Both the position numbers and the translations under genes were made by a program. The notes below the pieces were generated by a model. It did no database searches, had not been told where the DNA came from, and saw nothing but the letters and a program-made list of their open reading frames with translations. A stretch of DNA of 63,656 bases, filler included, from Octopus bimaculoides (lineage: Eukaryota): the NCBI RefSeq assembly GCF_001194135.2. It is 5 parts of 5 records of this genome, joined end to end, with 100 filler letters (N's around TTAATTAATTAA, not from the genome) between each part and the next. Parts side by side here need not be neighbours in the genome. Positions count along the whole stretch, not along the records: positions 1 to 4,597 come from NC_068989.1; positions 4,698 to 19,596 come from NC_068983.1; 3 more parts are not named here. One strand, written 5' to 3'. Shown piece after piece: positions 1 to 11,750 of the stretch (its first letter is position 1; each line of letters opens with the position of its first letter).

Positions 1-225
1 ATATATATTCATATATATATGTGTATATATATTCATATATATATGTGTATATATATATATATGTATATATATATTCATATATATATGTGTATATATATAT
101 ATATGTATATATATATTCATATATATATGTGTATATATATATATATGTATATATATATTCATATATATATGTGTGTGTATATATATATATATACATATGT
201 GTTTATATATCCACATATATATATG
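1..225. repeat. AT-rich compound microsatellite with a higher-order unit of about 42 bp (ATATATTCATATATATATGTGTATATATAT...)
   Basis: Direct inspection; it produces the repeating [14 protein letters not shown] artefact ORF. Confidence 0.9.
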
Positions 226-618
226 TATATACCTACATGCATGCAAACATGCACACATTCATTCATTAAAAAATACACATGCATAGCTCCATTAATTCAC
301 AGAATCCCTCACTGTCTGCCATGTGCTTCTCATTCTACATTGTCAACCTTTTTCTCTCAAATGATAAAAATGTCCTTTGAATACATTTCCTTATTTGTCT
401 CTAGATATTCTTTGTAGATTAAACCATATTTGTTAAGCAATGCAATTAAGATTTGGAGGAAAGAAAAGTAAATCAATTCAATGTGATATCATTCCGATAT
501 CACTCCAGCACCAAATTCTACTAAAATAGTTTCAGACAGACAATTGCAATATTACAGTAATTTCATACAGTATACACACAGGAATGATCTAATCACACAC
601 ACACACACACACACACAC

Positions 619-657
<39 letters not shown>

Positions 658-783
658 CACACATACATATATATAACCATATTTATCAGACTTTGAAGAG
701 ACTGGAGTTGGTGTACGTCGGCAAGACTTATACTGTGTGTATATATATATGCGTACATATATATATATATATATATATAGATA

Positions 784-817
<34 letters not shown>

Positions 818-891
818 GATATCTGTATGTGTACATATATATATATGGATATGTGTATATATGTGTGTGTATGTATGTGTGTATATGTGTA

Positions 892-927
<36 letters not shown>

Positions 928-1332
928 CACTAAATATATATATAAATACACACACAAACATATATAAAATGCCATACATTTGTATGTAGGTGTATAAGTG
1001 CATATATATATATATATAGATAACGAGCTAAGATTTGCTGTATGAACATTATTGATCAGTTTGGAATTAAAATAATTAAGAAGTAAAAAAAAAAATTGTA
1101 AGAAACTCCTCAGTTGGCAGAGGTTCTTGATTCATCTGTGCTTGACAATTTTGTTTTAATTTATTTTGCATTCAGAAAATCATTTACAATTTATTTACTG
1201 ATTAATATAATAATGAACACACACGCAAATACAAGCATGCACTCATACACACATGTGTTTTTGTATATGTGTATAGAAATAGAATAAGAAATGAAATAAA
1301 AAAAAAAAATGAAGAAAGCTCCTAAAAATGAA

Positions 1333-1478
1333 GAAATGAAAGTTCAAATAATCTTAATATTTGAGGATCAAAGGCCTGTCTTCAGAACGATAGTCTACAG
1401 ATACACATTTCTTTGACTGTATCCTTCTGAAGATGGCCAGTTGTGCCCAAAATATAAAGGTTTTTAAACTTTGATTTC
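1333..1478. mobile_element. Degenerate fold-back repeat (arms 1333-1395 and 1415-1478) built from a Penelope-like terminal motif
   Basis: The arms are imperfect reverse complements, and each carries CTGAAGA reading outward from the centre. Confidence 0.55.
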
Positions 1479-1854
1479 TGCATTGTTAGAAGCTTTCTTC
1501 ATTTCTCATCTCATTTATTATTCTACTTATGTATGTATATTACATGTGTGTGTGTCTATGTAACTTTATCACCTAGTAACATATATATATATACTCAACT
1601 TGTATATATTCATATATGTATATATATTCACATATATATATACATACACACACATACAATTGTATATACTTACATGTATACACCTACATAAACACACATT
1701 TTATATTCAGATGCATAGTTACATGAAATTCTTGACTCAAGTAATTTATGTAACACATAAAACTATTGACTTTTGAGTCACTTGTGCAGCTAAATATAGA
1801 ATGTATCTGCTTTTATGTATTGACTTCTGTTCCTCCTGCATCTTCCAACGAATT

Positions 1855-1886
<32 letters not shown>

Positions 1887-1988
1887 TATTTTCATTATAA
1901 ATATATTCAGTACAGTGTGTTTATGAAGTTACACCAGACAGCAGAATATGGACAATTTCATTAAAACAACACATATACATATATTAGT

Positions 1989-2182
1989 TTCAAATTTTGG
2001 AGAGGGTTAAGTCCATTACATCGAACCCCCAGTGTTCAACTGGTACTTATTTTATCAGCCCCGCTAAAGGGATGAATGGCAAAGTCAACCTAGGCGGAAT
2101 TTGAACTCAAAATATTAGGACAGACGAAATGTCGCAAAGCATTTGCCCAACTTGTTAATGATTCTGTGAGTTCACCGTCTTA
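1989..2182 (-). mobile_element. tRNA-derived SINE, family B (ggcggtgagctggcagaa... type)
   Basis: Reverse complement matches the copies at 15754, 23060 and 25464 (aaattccgcc...gactttgcc.ttcatcc...aagtaccag core). Confidence 0.8.
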
Positions 2183-2670
2183 ACACATCTACATACATTA
2201 CAGACACAGACACACATATACAATACAAAAAACATGCACACATATATATATATATATATATATCAAAGCCAAATAAAATAAAATAATCCAGATTCGCAAA
2301 AGAAGTCAGCAATGGAATCGGTGCATAGCTGATAGGAATCTTTGATTTATTAATATAATTCATTAATAAAAAAATTTTATCTAAAAAAAAAAAAAAAACA
2401 ATTTAAAAAAAATTTTTTAATTTCATTGTTTTTTTCATTTTTTTTCGTCATTTTTATATCTTTCGATTTAATCTTTCATAAATATAGCTCACTTTAAATT
2501 GTTCTAGAATATTCAGGTGACCGTTCTTTAATCTTTCATTTATATTTAATCATATTTTTTCTTTTTTTAGATTATGTTGGTGGTGGGTGTTGTTATTTTT
2601 TAATTTTTTTTTTAAATATTTACCTGTTGTCTTTCCATACAACAGAAACTATACTATATAAGATGAAATA

Positions 2671-2747
2671 TATATATCCATGTATATATATCCATGTATA
2701 TATATCCATGTATATATATCCATGTATATATATCCATGTATATATAT
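2671..2747. repeat. 14-bp tandem repeat (TATATATCCATGTA) x5
   Basis: Direct inspection. Confidence 0.9.
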
Positions 2748-2853
2748 GCAAGCTGACTGATGTCTGATGTAATGTGGTATTGTTTTTTTTTTAATTTTTT
2801 TAATTGACTTCAAAGGATGATCAAATTTGTAGCGTGTAAAATAATTGTGCCCT

Positions 2854-3002
2854 TTAAGAACACTGCCAAACATTCTGTCCAACATCAGCTTGCTCTACCA
2901 AGTCGACTTTCAGGTCGGTTCCCAGTGTGAAGTCAGTGAGGCAGCCATGGAAACCAGTTGTGAATCTCCGTCTTGTATGGTGTACAATATCAGGCATCCC
3001 TC
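2854..3002 (-). CDS. EGFLAM: Terminal coding exon of a pikachurin/EGFLAM-like (SP2353-like) laminin-G protein: (G)GMPDIVHHTRRRFTTGFHGCLTDFTLGTDLKVDLVEQADVGQNVWQCS*
   Basis: Strong acceptor (ctttttcttttttttcctacag|GA), phase 1, open to TAA at 2856-2854. The LamG end motif GG..GF.GC..F.L...L...A..G.N...C is present. About 22 of 48 positions are identical to the human EGFLAM C-terminus as recalled from memory (needs BLAST). Confidence 0.8.
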
Positions 3003-3169
3003 CTGTAGGAAAAAAAAGAAAAAAAGAAATATGGACAGATTAGTTGTGGTTGGGAATGTGGTGGGGTGCTAGGTGAAGAGAGATAACGATTTTTCATACT
3101 GGGGTCGATCTAATCGACTGCCTCCCCTCCCAATTTCGGGCCTTGTGCCTAGAGTAGAAAAGAATATAC

Positions 3170-3355
3170 CGTGCTTGAGAATACGTGTCGAGCCAAGTGA
3201 GACCATAATCATGGCTGGTCCAGGGGTTTTGTAACTGGCACCGATGCTAGTGGCATGTATGAAGCATCCACTACACTCTTGGAGTGATTGGCATTGGGGA
3301 GGGCGTCCAGCTGTAGAAACCGTGCCAAATCAGACTGGAACCTAGGGCTGCTTGC
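3170..3355 (+). mobile_element. Fragment of an RTE-type LINE/SINE 3' region
   Basis: cactacactct.ggagtg.ttggc.tt.gg.agggc.tccagctgtagaaac is shared with the 3' end of the RTE copy at 38400-38645. Confidence 0.7.
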
Positions 3356-3744
3356 TAGATTTCAATTAAACCCATTCCAGTAAGCAAAAAGGAAGTTAAT
3401 TGATTGTGATATATATATATGTGTGTGTGTGTGTATTTGCATATATATGTAGCATTCACGTAAGTAAGTACATGTGTTAGTATGTGTACATATATGTATA
3501 TTGATATCACATAATGCGTGTGGATTCATTCATGCGTAACATAATTAGAGTGAATTTCACGTATGTTAAATAATATCAAACTGTATTACAAAATATATTG
3601 GCAGGATATTAATCGTAAGGGAGGTAACTTTGAACACCCAAATTACTCTTGTCAAGGGAAACCACTCTGTTTACAGCTAAAATTTACTCGCAAAGCGCTG
3701 TTTGATATACACACACGCATCGTTTTAACATTTTACTTGTTTGT

Positions 3745-3930
3745 AGCACCACCTTGAAATTGAACTCATAAGTTATCTTTTTTAAAAGCCTGGTACTTAT
3801 TCTATCAATCACTTATCTCGAGCTTTTAAGTTACGGAAACGTAACTAAAACAACAGTGATTGTGACGAGGTGGTTATGAAGGAACACAGTCACCCACACA
3901 TATATATATATATACGACGGGCTGCTTTAT
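3745..3930 (-). mobile_element. Degenerate partial SINE, family A
   Basis: Reverse complement resembles the body/tail of the full copies at 40733 and 46963. Confidence 0.65.
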
Positions 3931-3989
3931 ATACATATATATAAATATGTATATATACTTTATTTAAAAGCAGCGAAATATAACAAAAA

Positions 3990-4031
3990 AACTGTTACTC
4001 GGAGTTTCACGTTCCTGTTCATCGGACAGTT
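3990..4031 (-). ncRNA. Minimal type I hammerhead ribozyme motif with CCGAUGA core variant
   Basis: RC = aactgt CCGATGA acaggaacgt GAAA ctccgag TA acagtt; 6-bp stem I, ACTC/GAGT stem III, GUA triplet. Confidence 0.6.
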
Positions 4032-4041
4032 TATCTAACAG

Positions 4042-4083
4042 AACTGTCCGATGAACGGGAACATCAAACTGCGAGTAACAGTT
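4042..4083 (+). ncRNA. Second, more degenerate copy of the same hammerhead motif
   Basis: aactgt CCGATGA acgggaacat CAAA ctgcgag TA acagtt; GAAA is mutated to CAAA. Confidence 0.5.
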
Positions 4084-4254
4084 TTTTGTTATATTTCTGC
4101 TGCTTTTAAATAAAGCATATTACTCTACCTCTGGTATTTGAGTACTCTTTCTTCCACCTTGTTGCACATTTCATGTGCTTACTGCGGTATATATATTATA
4201 TATATATATATATATATAAATATATTGTATATATATACATATATATATATATAC

Positions 4255-4597
4255 CTCACTGATCCTAGTTGGACTGTCTGTGAGGGAGCCATCGTTTTCG
4301 AAGAGGGGTCCAATCTTGCAGCGTACTGAGGCTGTTTCTTTTGCGTAATGAAAGAAGACCTTTGGGTTTGACTTAATGTTTTTTATAACCCAGGCTTCTT
4401 TGTCTGCTCTCTCCTTCACATAGGATTGTTGCAGCCTTTTTTTGATCTCCATCAGTGTCGTTTTTAGGCGGAACCTTTGGCCATTCTTGGGATGCTGGTT
4501 GAGTCGATTTGCAACTTTTGTCCATCGTCTCATGAGGATCTTCCTCTCCCTTGGAATCTTGTTCCTATTTGTTTTGGCCTTGTGCTCTGGGACATAT
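4255..4597 (-). mobile_element. CR1/L2/Jockey-like LINE ORF2 fragment (endonuclease-RT linker)
   Basis: Translation contains IKSNPKVFFHYAK...KIGPL, the typical KxNPKxFxxY...IGPL linker motif. Confidence 0.75.
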
Positions 4598-4641
4598 NNN
4601 NNNNNNNNNNNNNNNNNNNNNNNNNNNNNNNNNNNNNNNNN

Positions 4642-4653
4642 TTAATTAATTAA
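4642..4653. other. Assembly gap linker TTAATTAATTAA inside N runs (also 19641-19652, 35189-35200, 44703-44714)
   Basis: An identical 12-mer flanked by fixed-length N runs occurs four times. Confidence 0.9.
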
Positions 4654-4889
4654 NNNNNNNNNNNNNNNNNNNNNNNNNNNNNNNNNNNNNNNNNNNNTAT
4701 GTATATATATGTATATATATATGTATATATATGTATTTATATATATATATACATTCATACATACATATATATACATATATATATATATAGTAAATCCCCA
4801 AAAATAAGAACAAACAAAAAGACAACAACAATGCGAGCACGTGGTACATGTAAAGTATTAGAAGACACTCAGTGAAGGAAAGAAAGATG

Positions 4890-4924
4890 GTTTAACGTTT
4901 CGAGCAGAGCTCTTCTTCAGAAAC
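4890..4924 (-). ncRNA. Minimal type I hammerhead-like motif in a Penelope-like terminal repeat
   Basis: RC = gttt CTGAAGA a gagc tct gctc GAAA cgt T aaac; stem I gttt/aaac, stem II gagc/gctc, palindromic ACGT stem III. Confidence 0.55.
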
Positions 4925-5132
4925 AGAGGAAATTCCAATGGAAAAGGAAGACGGAGGAAGAAAATTGCCAACGATTCACACATATATATATGTGTACTTT
5001 TGAAGAACGTTGGTACGTAATCTTTATTTACTGTCCATTGTAGCCTTTGCTTGTGCAGTGGATTTGAAAACGTATAATGTATATAGATAGAACATGCGTG
5101 TCTTCAGTGTTCCACAAATATACATTAATCAT

Positions 5133-5213
5133 AGCACCCATACTGATGAGACACGGATGGCAAATTATTTCATTTGTTCATTGATTGTCGAAACTGCAGT
5201 ACATGCGGTAGCT
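5133..5213 (+). ncRNA. Type I hammerhead ribozyme motif with long loop II, partly decayed
   Basis: agcacccata CTGATGA gaca..32 nt..tgtc GAAA ctgcag TA catgcggtagct; palindromic ACTGCAGT stem III, imperfect stem I. Confidence 0.55.
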
Positions 5214-5374
5214 ACTGAAATACTTTTATTTTTCATTCCCTTAGAAATTACTCTTATCCGCGGTTTGGGTTTTAACTACCCTGTTAGGGTCACCTCTTAT
5301 CTGTACAGAAATGTACACTAATATATGTGTGTGTGTGCGTGTGTGGCGTGTGTGTGTGGCGTGTTTGTGTTATC

Positions 5375-5750
5375 TTGTACCTGTTTCAGTCATTAGTCTG
5401 CGGCCATACTGGAGCACCGCTTTGAATTTGTAGTCAAATGAATCGACCCCACTACTTATTTTTGAAGCCTGGTACTTATTCTGTCGGTGTCTGTTGCGGA
5501 ATCGCTACATTACGGGGACGTAAACACACCGATACCAGTTGTCGGGTAGTGATTGGTGAACACACACACACGCACACATACAGACACACACACACTCACA
5601 TACTCACACGCTGACATACATATTTCCGTCTACCAAATCCACTCACAGGGCTTTGGTCGGCTCGAGGCTATAGTAGAAGACACTTGCCGAAGGTGCCATG
5701 AAGTGGGACTGAACTCGGAATCATGTGGTTGGGAAATATACACTTCTGCG
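5375..5750 (-). mobile_element. Near full-length SINE, family A
   Basis: Reverse complement of the tRNA-like head, ggccgaccaaagcc core and gactgaaaca tail seen at 40733-41177. Confidence 0.85.
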
Positions 5751-5753
5751 CTA

Positions 5754-5784
<31 letters not shown>

Positions 5785-5792
<8 letters not shown>

Positions 5793-6640
5793 TATGTGAT
5801 ATTGAAAGGAATTCTTTGGGGTTTTAATAATTTACCTTTGGAAATATGGGTGTTTTGTTCAGCATCCTTAAAACAAACCTTTTTCAGGGGTCTTTCTTGC
5901 GGTATGGACCATTGGACTTGAAGAACATTCTAACTGGGCCCCACCTACAAGGTCAGGCGCTGTTTATCTTGATATGAGATAACCATGTCACGCTCATGTG
6001 GCTGTGATGCATGTGACTGGTGCTACCTTATCAGACGTATAGTCGTGATGGTCATACTAGGCTTCGTATATTTTACCCCAGTGTCATTTTGATGGCATGC
6101 GCTGCTCTGTCACTCAATAACAATAGTAAAATGTTTTTTTTTTGTAGATATAGAAGATGGGCTACAACAAATATTCTGCTCAATACCATAGATTTGCTTG
6201 TAAGCAGTTTGACCTTTACCATTTGAGCGTGTCCCTTGGTGGCTCATAATATGTTCATCTCTGATCACGAGCAGGCGTCTTTGGGAAGCATCATAGCTAT
6301 GTGTTGAGAGGAATTCTTTGGAGATTGAATAATTCGTATCTGGAAACATGGGTGTTTTGTTCATCATCCTTAAAACAAACCTTATTCAGGGGCCTTTCGA
6401 GCGTTATGGGCTACTCGACATGAAGAAAATTCTAACTGGCCCCCACTTTCAAGACCATGCGCTGATTATTTTGATATGAGATCAACATTCAGCGCACATA
6501 TGTGATACATATGATGCATGTGCCTAGTGTACCCTTATCAGAATGGTACTCATTAGGGGTATATTGGGCTTTGTATATTTGTAACCCAGGGTCACTTTGA
6601 TAGCATGTACTGCTCCCTCACTCCACAATAATAATAGTGA
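5785..6640 (-). mobile_element. Two tandem copies of an unclassified interspersed repeat of about 500 bp (third copy at 22545-23020, + strand)
   Basis: Shared blocks gaattcctctcaacacat.gctatgatgctcc and gatgggctac..aaatattctgctcaatacc; parallel pseudo-ORFs 6110-6367 and 22765-23004. Confidence 0.75.
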
Positions 6641-6935
6641 AGGACAGTTCCGTCGAAGGCGACATAGGAGTTTCCAGCATTTACCAAACGAGCAGCACAA
6701 ATGATTTGTTTATAGTGATCAAATTTTCGTGCTGCACATTAGCTCACTCTCTCCATCAAATTGATGCTGCCTGAACAGGTGCATGGTGTACCACGAGTTA
6801 GTTGTCGACTTGATCGTGGAGCGACGTGAGGCGAAGTATTTTGCACAAGAACACTACGCGCCACCTGGTCTGAGAATTGAAACCACGATCTCGGGATCGT
6901 AATTACATCATCATATCCACTAAGCCATGCGCCAT
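6625..6935 (-). mobile_element. Degenerate SINE, family C
   Basis: Reverse complement resembles 22224-22540 (tRNA-like head, tgtccttg.gcaa.acact). Confidence 0.55.
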
Positions 6936-7179
6936 ATTTTCATGAGCATTTTTTTACACGATTGAGAAGAGTTCTTCGTGCCTTTGAATTCATATTATGA
7001 AAACCGACGAAGGCATCTTATTTGGAGATATGTGTGCATATATATATATATANNNNNNNNNNNNNNNNNNNNNNNNNNNNNNNNNNNNNNNNNNNNNNNN
7101 NNNNNNNNNNNNNNNNNNNNNNNNNNNNNNNNNNNNNNNNNNNNNNNNNNNNNNNNNNNNNNNNNNNNNNNNNNNNNNN

Positions 7180-7235
<56 letters not shown>

Positions 7236-8088
7236 GTGTGTGTACGCATTTATACATATATGCACCCTTTTAGACATTGCTAAGCAACATACAGTTATGA
7301 AAGTTGTTCATGTTTCCAATCCATTTATTCCGGTTATTCACGTTTCCAGATTGTTTACATTTGAATAGGTTTTCCATGACTGTTAAGGATATATCGTCGT
7401 TTGTTGAGGTTGATACCTCTTTCAGGTGACACGTTATTTCCCAATGTTCCTCGTCAAAAATATTCTATCAGTATGCCTTTATCTCTGTATGCCAGACGAT
7501 ATTTCCATGTCTATAATCACATTGTGCCTATTTTTCAATCGTTGTTTCTGTGTAGAGGCCTCCCTTCCAATTTGGTTGCACCGCATCTTTTACGTCGGTT
7601 TTCATAATGCTGACATCATTTCCAGAGTATAAAAACGCCTTACTGTTGTTATTTTGATAGAATCTTCAGAGCATTGAACCAAATGTTTTGCGATATTGTT
7701 TCCAGCAATGCGTAAATTGCTGAGTTCAATTCCCGCAGTGGTCGACTTTACCATTCATCTTTTTGAGGGCGATAAAATGAGGTATTATTATAATCGGGGA
7801 TGGTGGGATCATCTAAAGACCTTTCCTTGAAATTATTACCGTTTTGTTAAATCAGGAACTGTTTATGCATTATGCATTATGTGAATCATAAAGTTTATGC
7901 ATTATCTGAATCACCCTATCGGTTACCTCACATAAGACAGGGCTGTTGGTATGCTTCTGTCAGGTGTCAATTGCAGAAGAGGTTGCACAATGGACGAAGA
8001 TAAAAGGATTGAGGACAGGTAATTTCCACTTCGGTTAAGTCCTCATCGATTCTTTTCAATTTCTATTTAGAAATGTAGTTAAGAGTAA

Positions 8089-8091
<3 letters not shown>

Positions 8092-8134
<43 letters not shown>

Positions 8135-8144
8135 NNNNNNNNNN

Positions 8145-8175
<31 letters not shown>

Positions 8176-8215
8176 TCTATATCTCTCTCTCTCTATTTCA
8201 CTCACTCTCTCTCTC
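8092..8215. repeat. (CT)n microsatellite with a gap
   Basis: Direct inspection. Confidence 0.9.
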
Positions 8216-8446
8216 TCTTTCTTTCTCTCCATGACTCTCTTACTCTCTCCTCTTTCTCTCAGCTAATTTGTTAGAAGGTGTGTTACTGGCAAAGCTTGTT
8301 AGAGTTAATAATCTTCCGCTAACTGTGTTCCTCCAGGATAAGGAATAGCAGTTGGGTAACAGAGTGTACATATTGTAGTGAGGATGGTCCAGCATTTATG
8401 GTGATCCTTGACTGGCTTCAGATGGAGATCTTCTATGTTCTGTTTC

Positions 8447-8489
<43 letters not shown>

Positions 8490-9249
8490 NNNNNNNNNNN
8501 NNNNNNNNNNNNNNNNNNNNNNNNNNNNNNNNNNNNNNNNNNNNNNNNNNNNNNNNNNNNNNNNNNNNNNNNNNNNNNNNNNNNNNNNNNNNNNNNNNNN
8601 NNNNNNNNNNNNNNNNNNNNNNTATATATATATATATATATATTATTTATTAAAGGCATTTTAGGCATGATGTATACTGTTGCTACTACCATGCTATTTT
8701 CAGTATTTGTGCATACTTGTAACAGCTACGATTGCTTACATATTTTTCTATCATTCTCAAAACCCCTAATATTTTAAGGATTGCTTTCTGTTTTACTCTA
8801 CTACATTCTTGGTATAAGTTTTTCCGCATATCATAAGGGATGCATTGTCATCAGTGTAGGATCTATTCCCTAACCTAATGGTCTGTAACGACACCTAGTC
8901 AAATTTCCTTTATCGAGATTTTTCTGTGGATTAATTTTACCATAAACAATGGCTACGTTGGCATATCTCGAATATTGCTAGGACATCTTGTGATCTTTGA
9001 CTATTGTGTGGCTTTGTGGTTACGGTGTTTCACTCATGATCGTAAGATTAGGGTTTCGCTTCTTGGATCGGGTGGTGCGTTGTGTTCTCGAGCAAAACAA
9101 TTCATATCACGTTGTTCTAGTCCTGAGACGCGAAGGTTATGTGGGAAATATATACAACCCAGGATCCAGGATAACCTTCCATTTGAGCCTGTGAATCGAG
9201 AAGGCCCTTTGATCTTAATTCATGATTGAACACTCAGAGAAAATGTGGT

Positions 9250-10262
9250 TTATTGTTTTGTTCCATTTTCTTACATATTCGGCAATTCCATGCTGTACAA
9301 TGTCCCATAACATTCTGTTGATGATTTCGTTCCAAAATGTCTAATTTTCCGACACAATCAATAATCCTTTACGTTCAGCTTTGATTCTTGTGTTCCCCAG
9401 GCAAATTTGCAAATTCTTCTAGTCTATATCCAGTCTGTTCATCTTTTCATGTATTGGCCATATAGGGACTTTTCTTGCTGAAGTTTTATGACGGCATTAT
9501 GTAACCATATTCTTCACTATATCTTTAGCAGTTTCACAAATTCTCTTCTTTCTCTTTTTTTCTATATAGATATCTGTCCGTCTCTGCGTTATATATATTG
9601 GCTTCGTTGCAGACAGAAAACAGATTTCATTTTGAGGTTTTATAGCTAATTGTATTAGTTTTCCATTATTCTTTACTAGATAAAAGTATCTAGTAAATGC
9701 GGTGCTATAGTGGATAATTTATAATAGTTTGCTAGTTAGATAAAACCCGTATCGTCCTGTGTTCGCAGTAAATATAATCTTTCACTGTGTCAGATTCTGA
9801 GTTATGTATTCTAAATTCAGTCATTGTTTTTGTTATTTTTTTCTGTTAATTCTTTCTAGTTTGTTCAGCGTCCAATTGAGAATATTATAACTTTATCTTA
9901 TTAACGCAAAAGAAAACCAAAAAGCTAAACCAGTGATGTCCATTACTTTAGTTTCCATTTCTAGTTCTGTTGTAAACTGTGATATAATGCGCCATGATGT
10001 CCATTTATGAAATGATTTTGATGGGGTTTTTTTTTAGGAAGGCTTTGATCCTGTGTCCCAATCACGAATCCTTCTTATTTTAGGCGTCTACTTGTCAGGC
10101 AATGTTTCGAATTTTCATTTTCTGTTTCAGTTTTTCAGATATTGGTCATGGAGTTCCTATTCTTCGCATCGATTTACCAAGACGTTTTGTACTCCGATAT
10201 TCAGCCTTGATTTTAGTCTTTTCAGAATTTCCGCAGTTGCAGTTGCAGTTCCTTTGTTGGCA
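9250..10262 (-). mobile_element. Decayed R4/Dong-type LINE, N-terminal ORF region
   Basis: Degenerate FW..IW-type segment and composition typical of the upstream ORF part; many stops. Confidence 0.5.
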
Positions 10263-10263
10263 A

Positions 10264-10401
10264 TTCTTCTTCTTCTTCTTCTTCTTCTTCTTCTTCTTCT
10301 TCTTCTTCTTCTTCTTCTTCTTCTTCTTCTTCTTCTTCTTCTTCTTCTTCTTCATCTTCTTCTTCTTCTTCTTCTTCTTCTTCTTCTTCTTTGTTCCCAT
10401 A

Positions 10402-10435
<34 letters not shown>

Positions 10436-10544
10436 GCTGTTGTTGTTATGATTTCTAGTTATATGGAATTGGTGTTGTACTCGTTTTAATTATGCATCAA
10501 TATGGAACTACGATTCCAGCTCTTTAGCACATTCATTATTGCTA

Positions 10545-10608
<64 letters not shown>

Positions 10609-10686
10609 CATCATTATTTACNNNNNNNNNNNNNNNNNNNNNNNNNNNNNNNNNNNNNNNNNNNNNNNNNNNNNNCATTATTGCTA

Positions 10687-10750
<64 letters not shown>
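10264..10750. repeat. (CTT)n followed by (TTA)n microsatellite cluster
   Basis: Direct inspection; source of the poly-L/F/K/I ORFs. Confidence 0.95.
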
Positions 10751-10759
10751 CATCATTAT

Positions 10760-11400
10760 TTACTTTTGATCTGCATCTTTGTTACAATCGCTCGACGAGA
10801 CACACTCAGGATAAGAGATGTTACAGTATGACTGAAAAGTTGGAGAGGGGAAGTGGCAGCGTCAGTAGCGAAATATCTTCATATAATACAACACATACAT
10901 TTAAATTGATAGGGATTTCTGAGGATTTGAACAGTACTTGTCAGCACAATCATTTGGATTTCTCTGAGACATGGTTCTCCTGAGATATTAGCCAGCTGTT
11001 TCTGGTATCCCTTTCTTATTATACCAAGGACACCAACAACAACAGGAACAGTTCTCGCTTTGAGATGTCACATCTTTTATAATTCCAGGTCCTTATGTTG
11101 CATTATGTTGCATTATCTTAGTAGATGTTGTTTCTATGCAATAGTTGTATGGTTTGTTGTTGTTATTGTTATGATATTTCTGTAGAATGTGCGTTATGTG
11201 GTTTGCATCATTTCACTGGGTCATGAATATGTAGAGAAAGTGTTTGACAGCAGTTCTAGCTTTGCAGTTGTGGGTTCTGCAAAGCAGTATTATTGTTTCC
11301 TGTATTTAGCACTCTGAATATTTTACATTGGTTTTAAACTCGTTTTATCATACGTATTTCTTCAGTTAATACCCATACTACATATACATTCATACTTTAT
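10760..11400 (-). mobile_element. Decayed R4/Dong-type LINE 3' region ending in (TAA)n
   Basis: Similar to the 3' parts of the copies at 23330 and 62300; VPVVVGVLGII-like segment near 11020-11060. Confidence 0.6.
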
Positions 11401-11750
11401 GTACAGTATATGGTATTCTGTGAATTTTCAACCTATCTCCGAAAGATATTTTTAACAGTAGTGATTCATATAGGAATTTATAACAGTTCAGAAACTTTCG
11501 TAGTCACCTGTGATAAATATACATTGCTGATCTAGATTTATCTCTTAAATTTTGCTAAGCATTTACCCAGAGTGTACAGATCATATGTGTGGATATACTA
11601 GAACTTTTGAGGGCTGGACGGCAACGCCATTTAAATGGTAGGAACAATTACTTCATTGTTTTTATCTTCCGCTTACATCGCTAGCTTCTTGCTTTATTAT
11701 TGAGCTCTTATAGTTACGTATGTTTAAATATCGTTCCTGTCCGTCTAAAT

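Noticed and set aside
680-740. Short unique stretch between microsatellites reading [18 protein letters not shown]
   Set aside because: Downstream of the LamG stop codon, weak splice sites and no recognisable domain; probably 3' UTR or intergenic
19-1003. [12 protein letters not shown]-type ORFs here and throughout the track
   Set aside because: Translations of (TA)n/(TG)n microsatellites
4642-4653. Recurrent TTAATTAATTAA palindrome
   Set aside because: Assembly gap filler, always embedded in N runs
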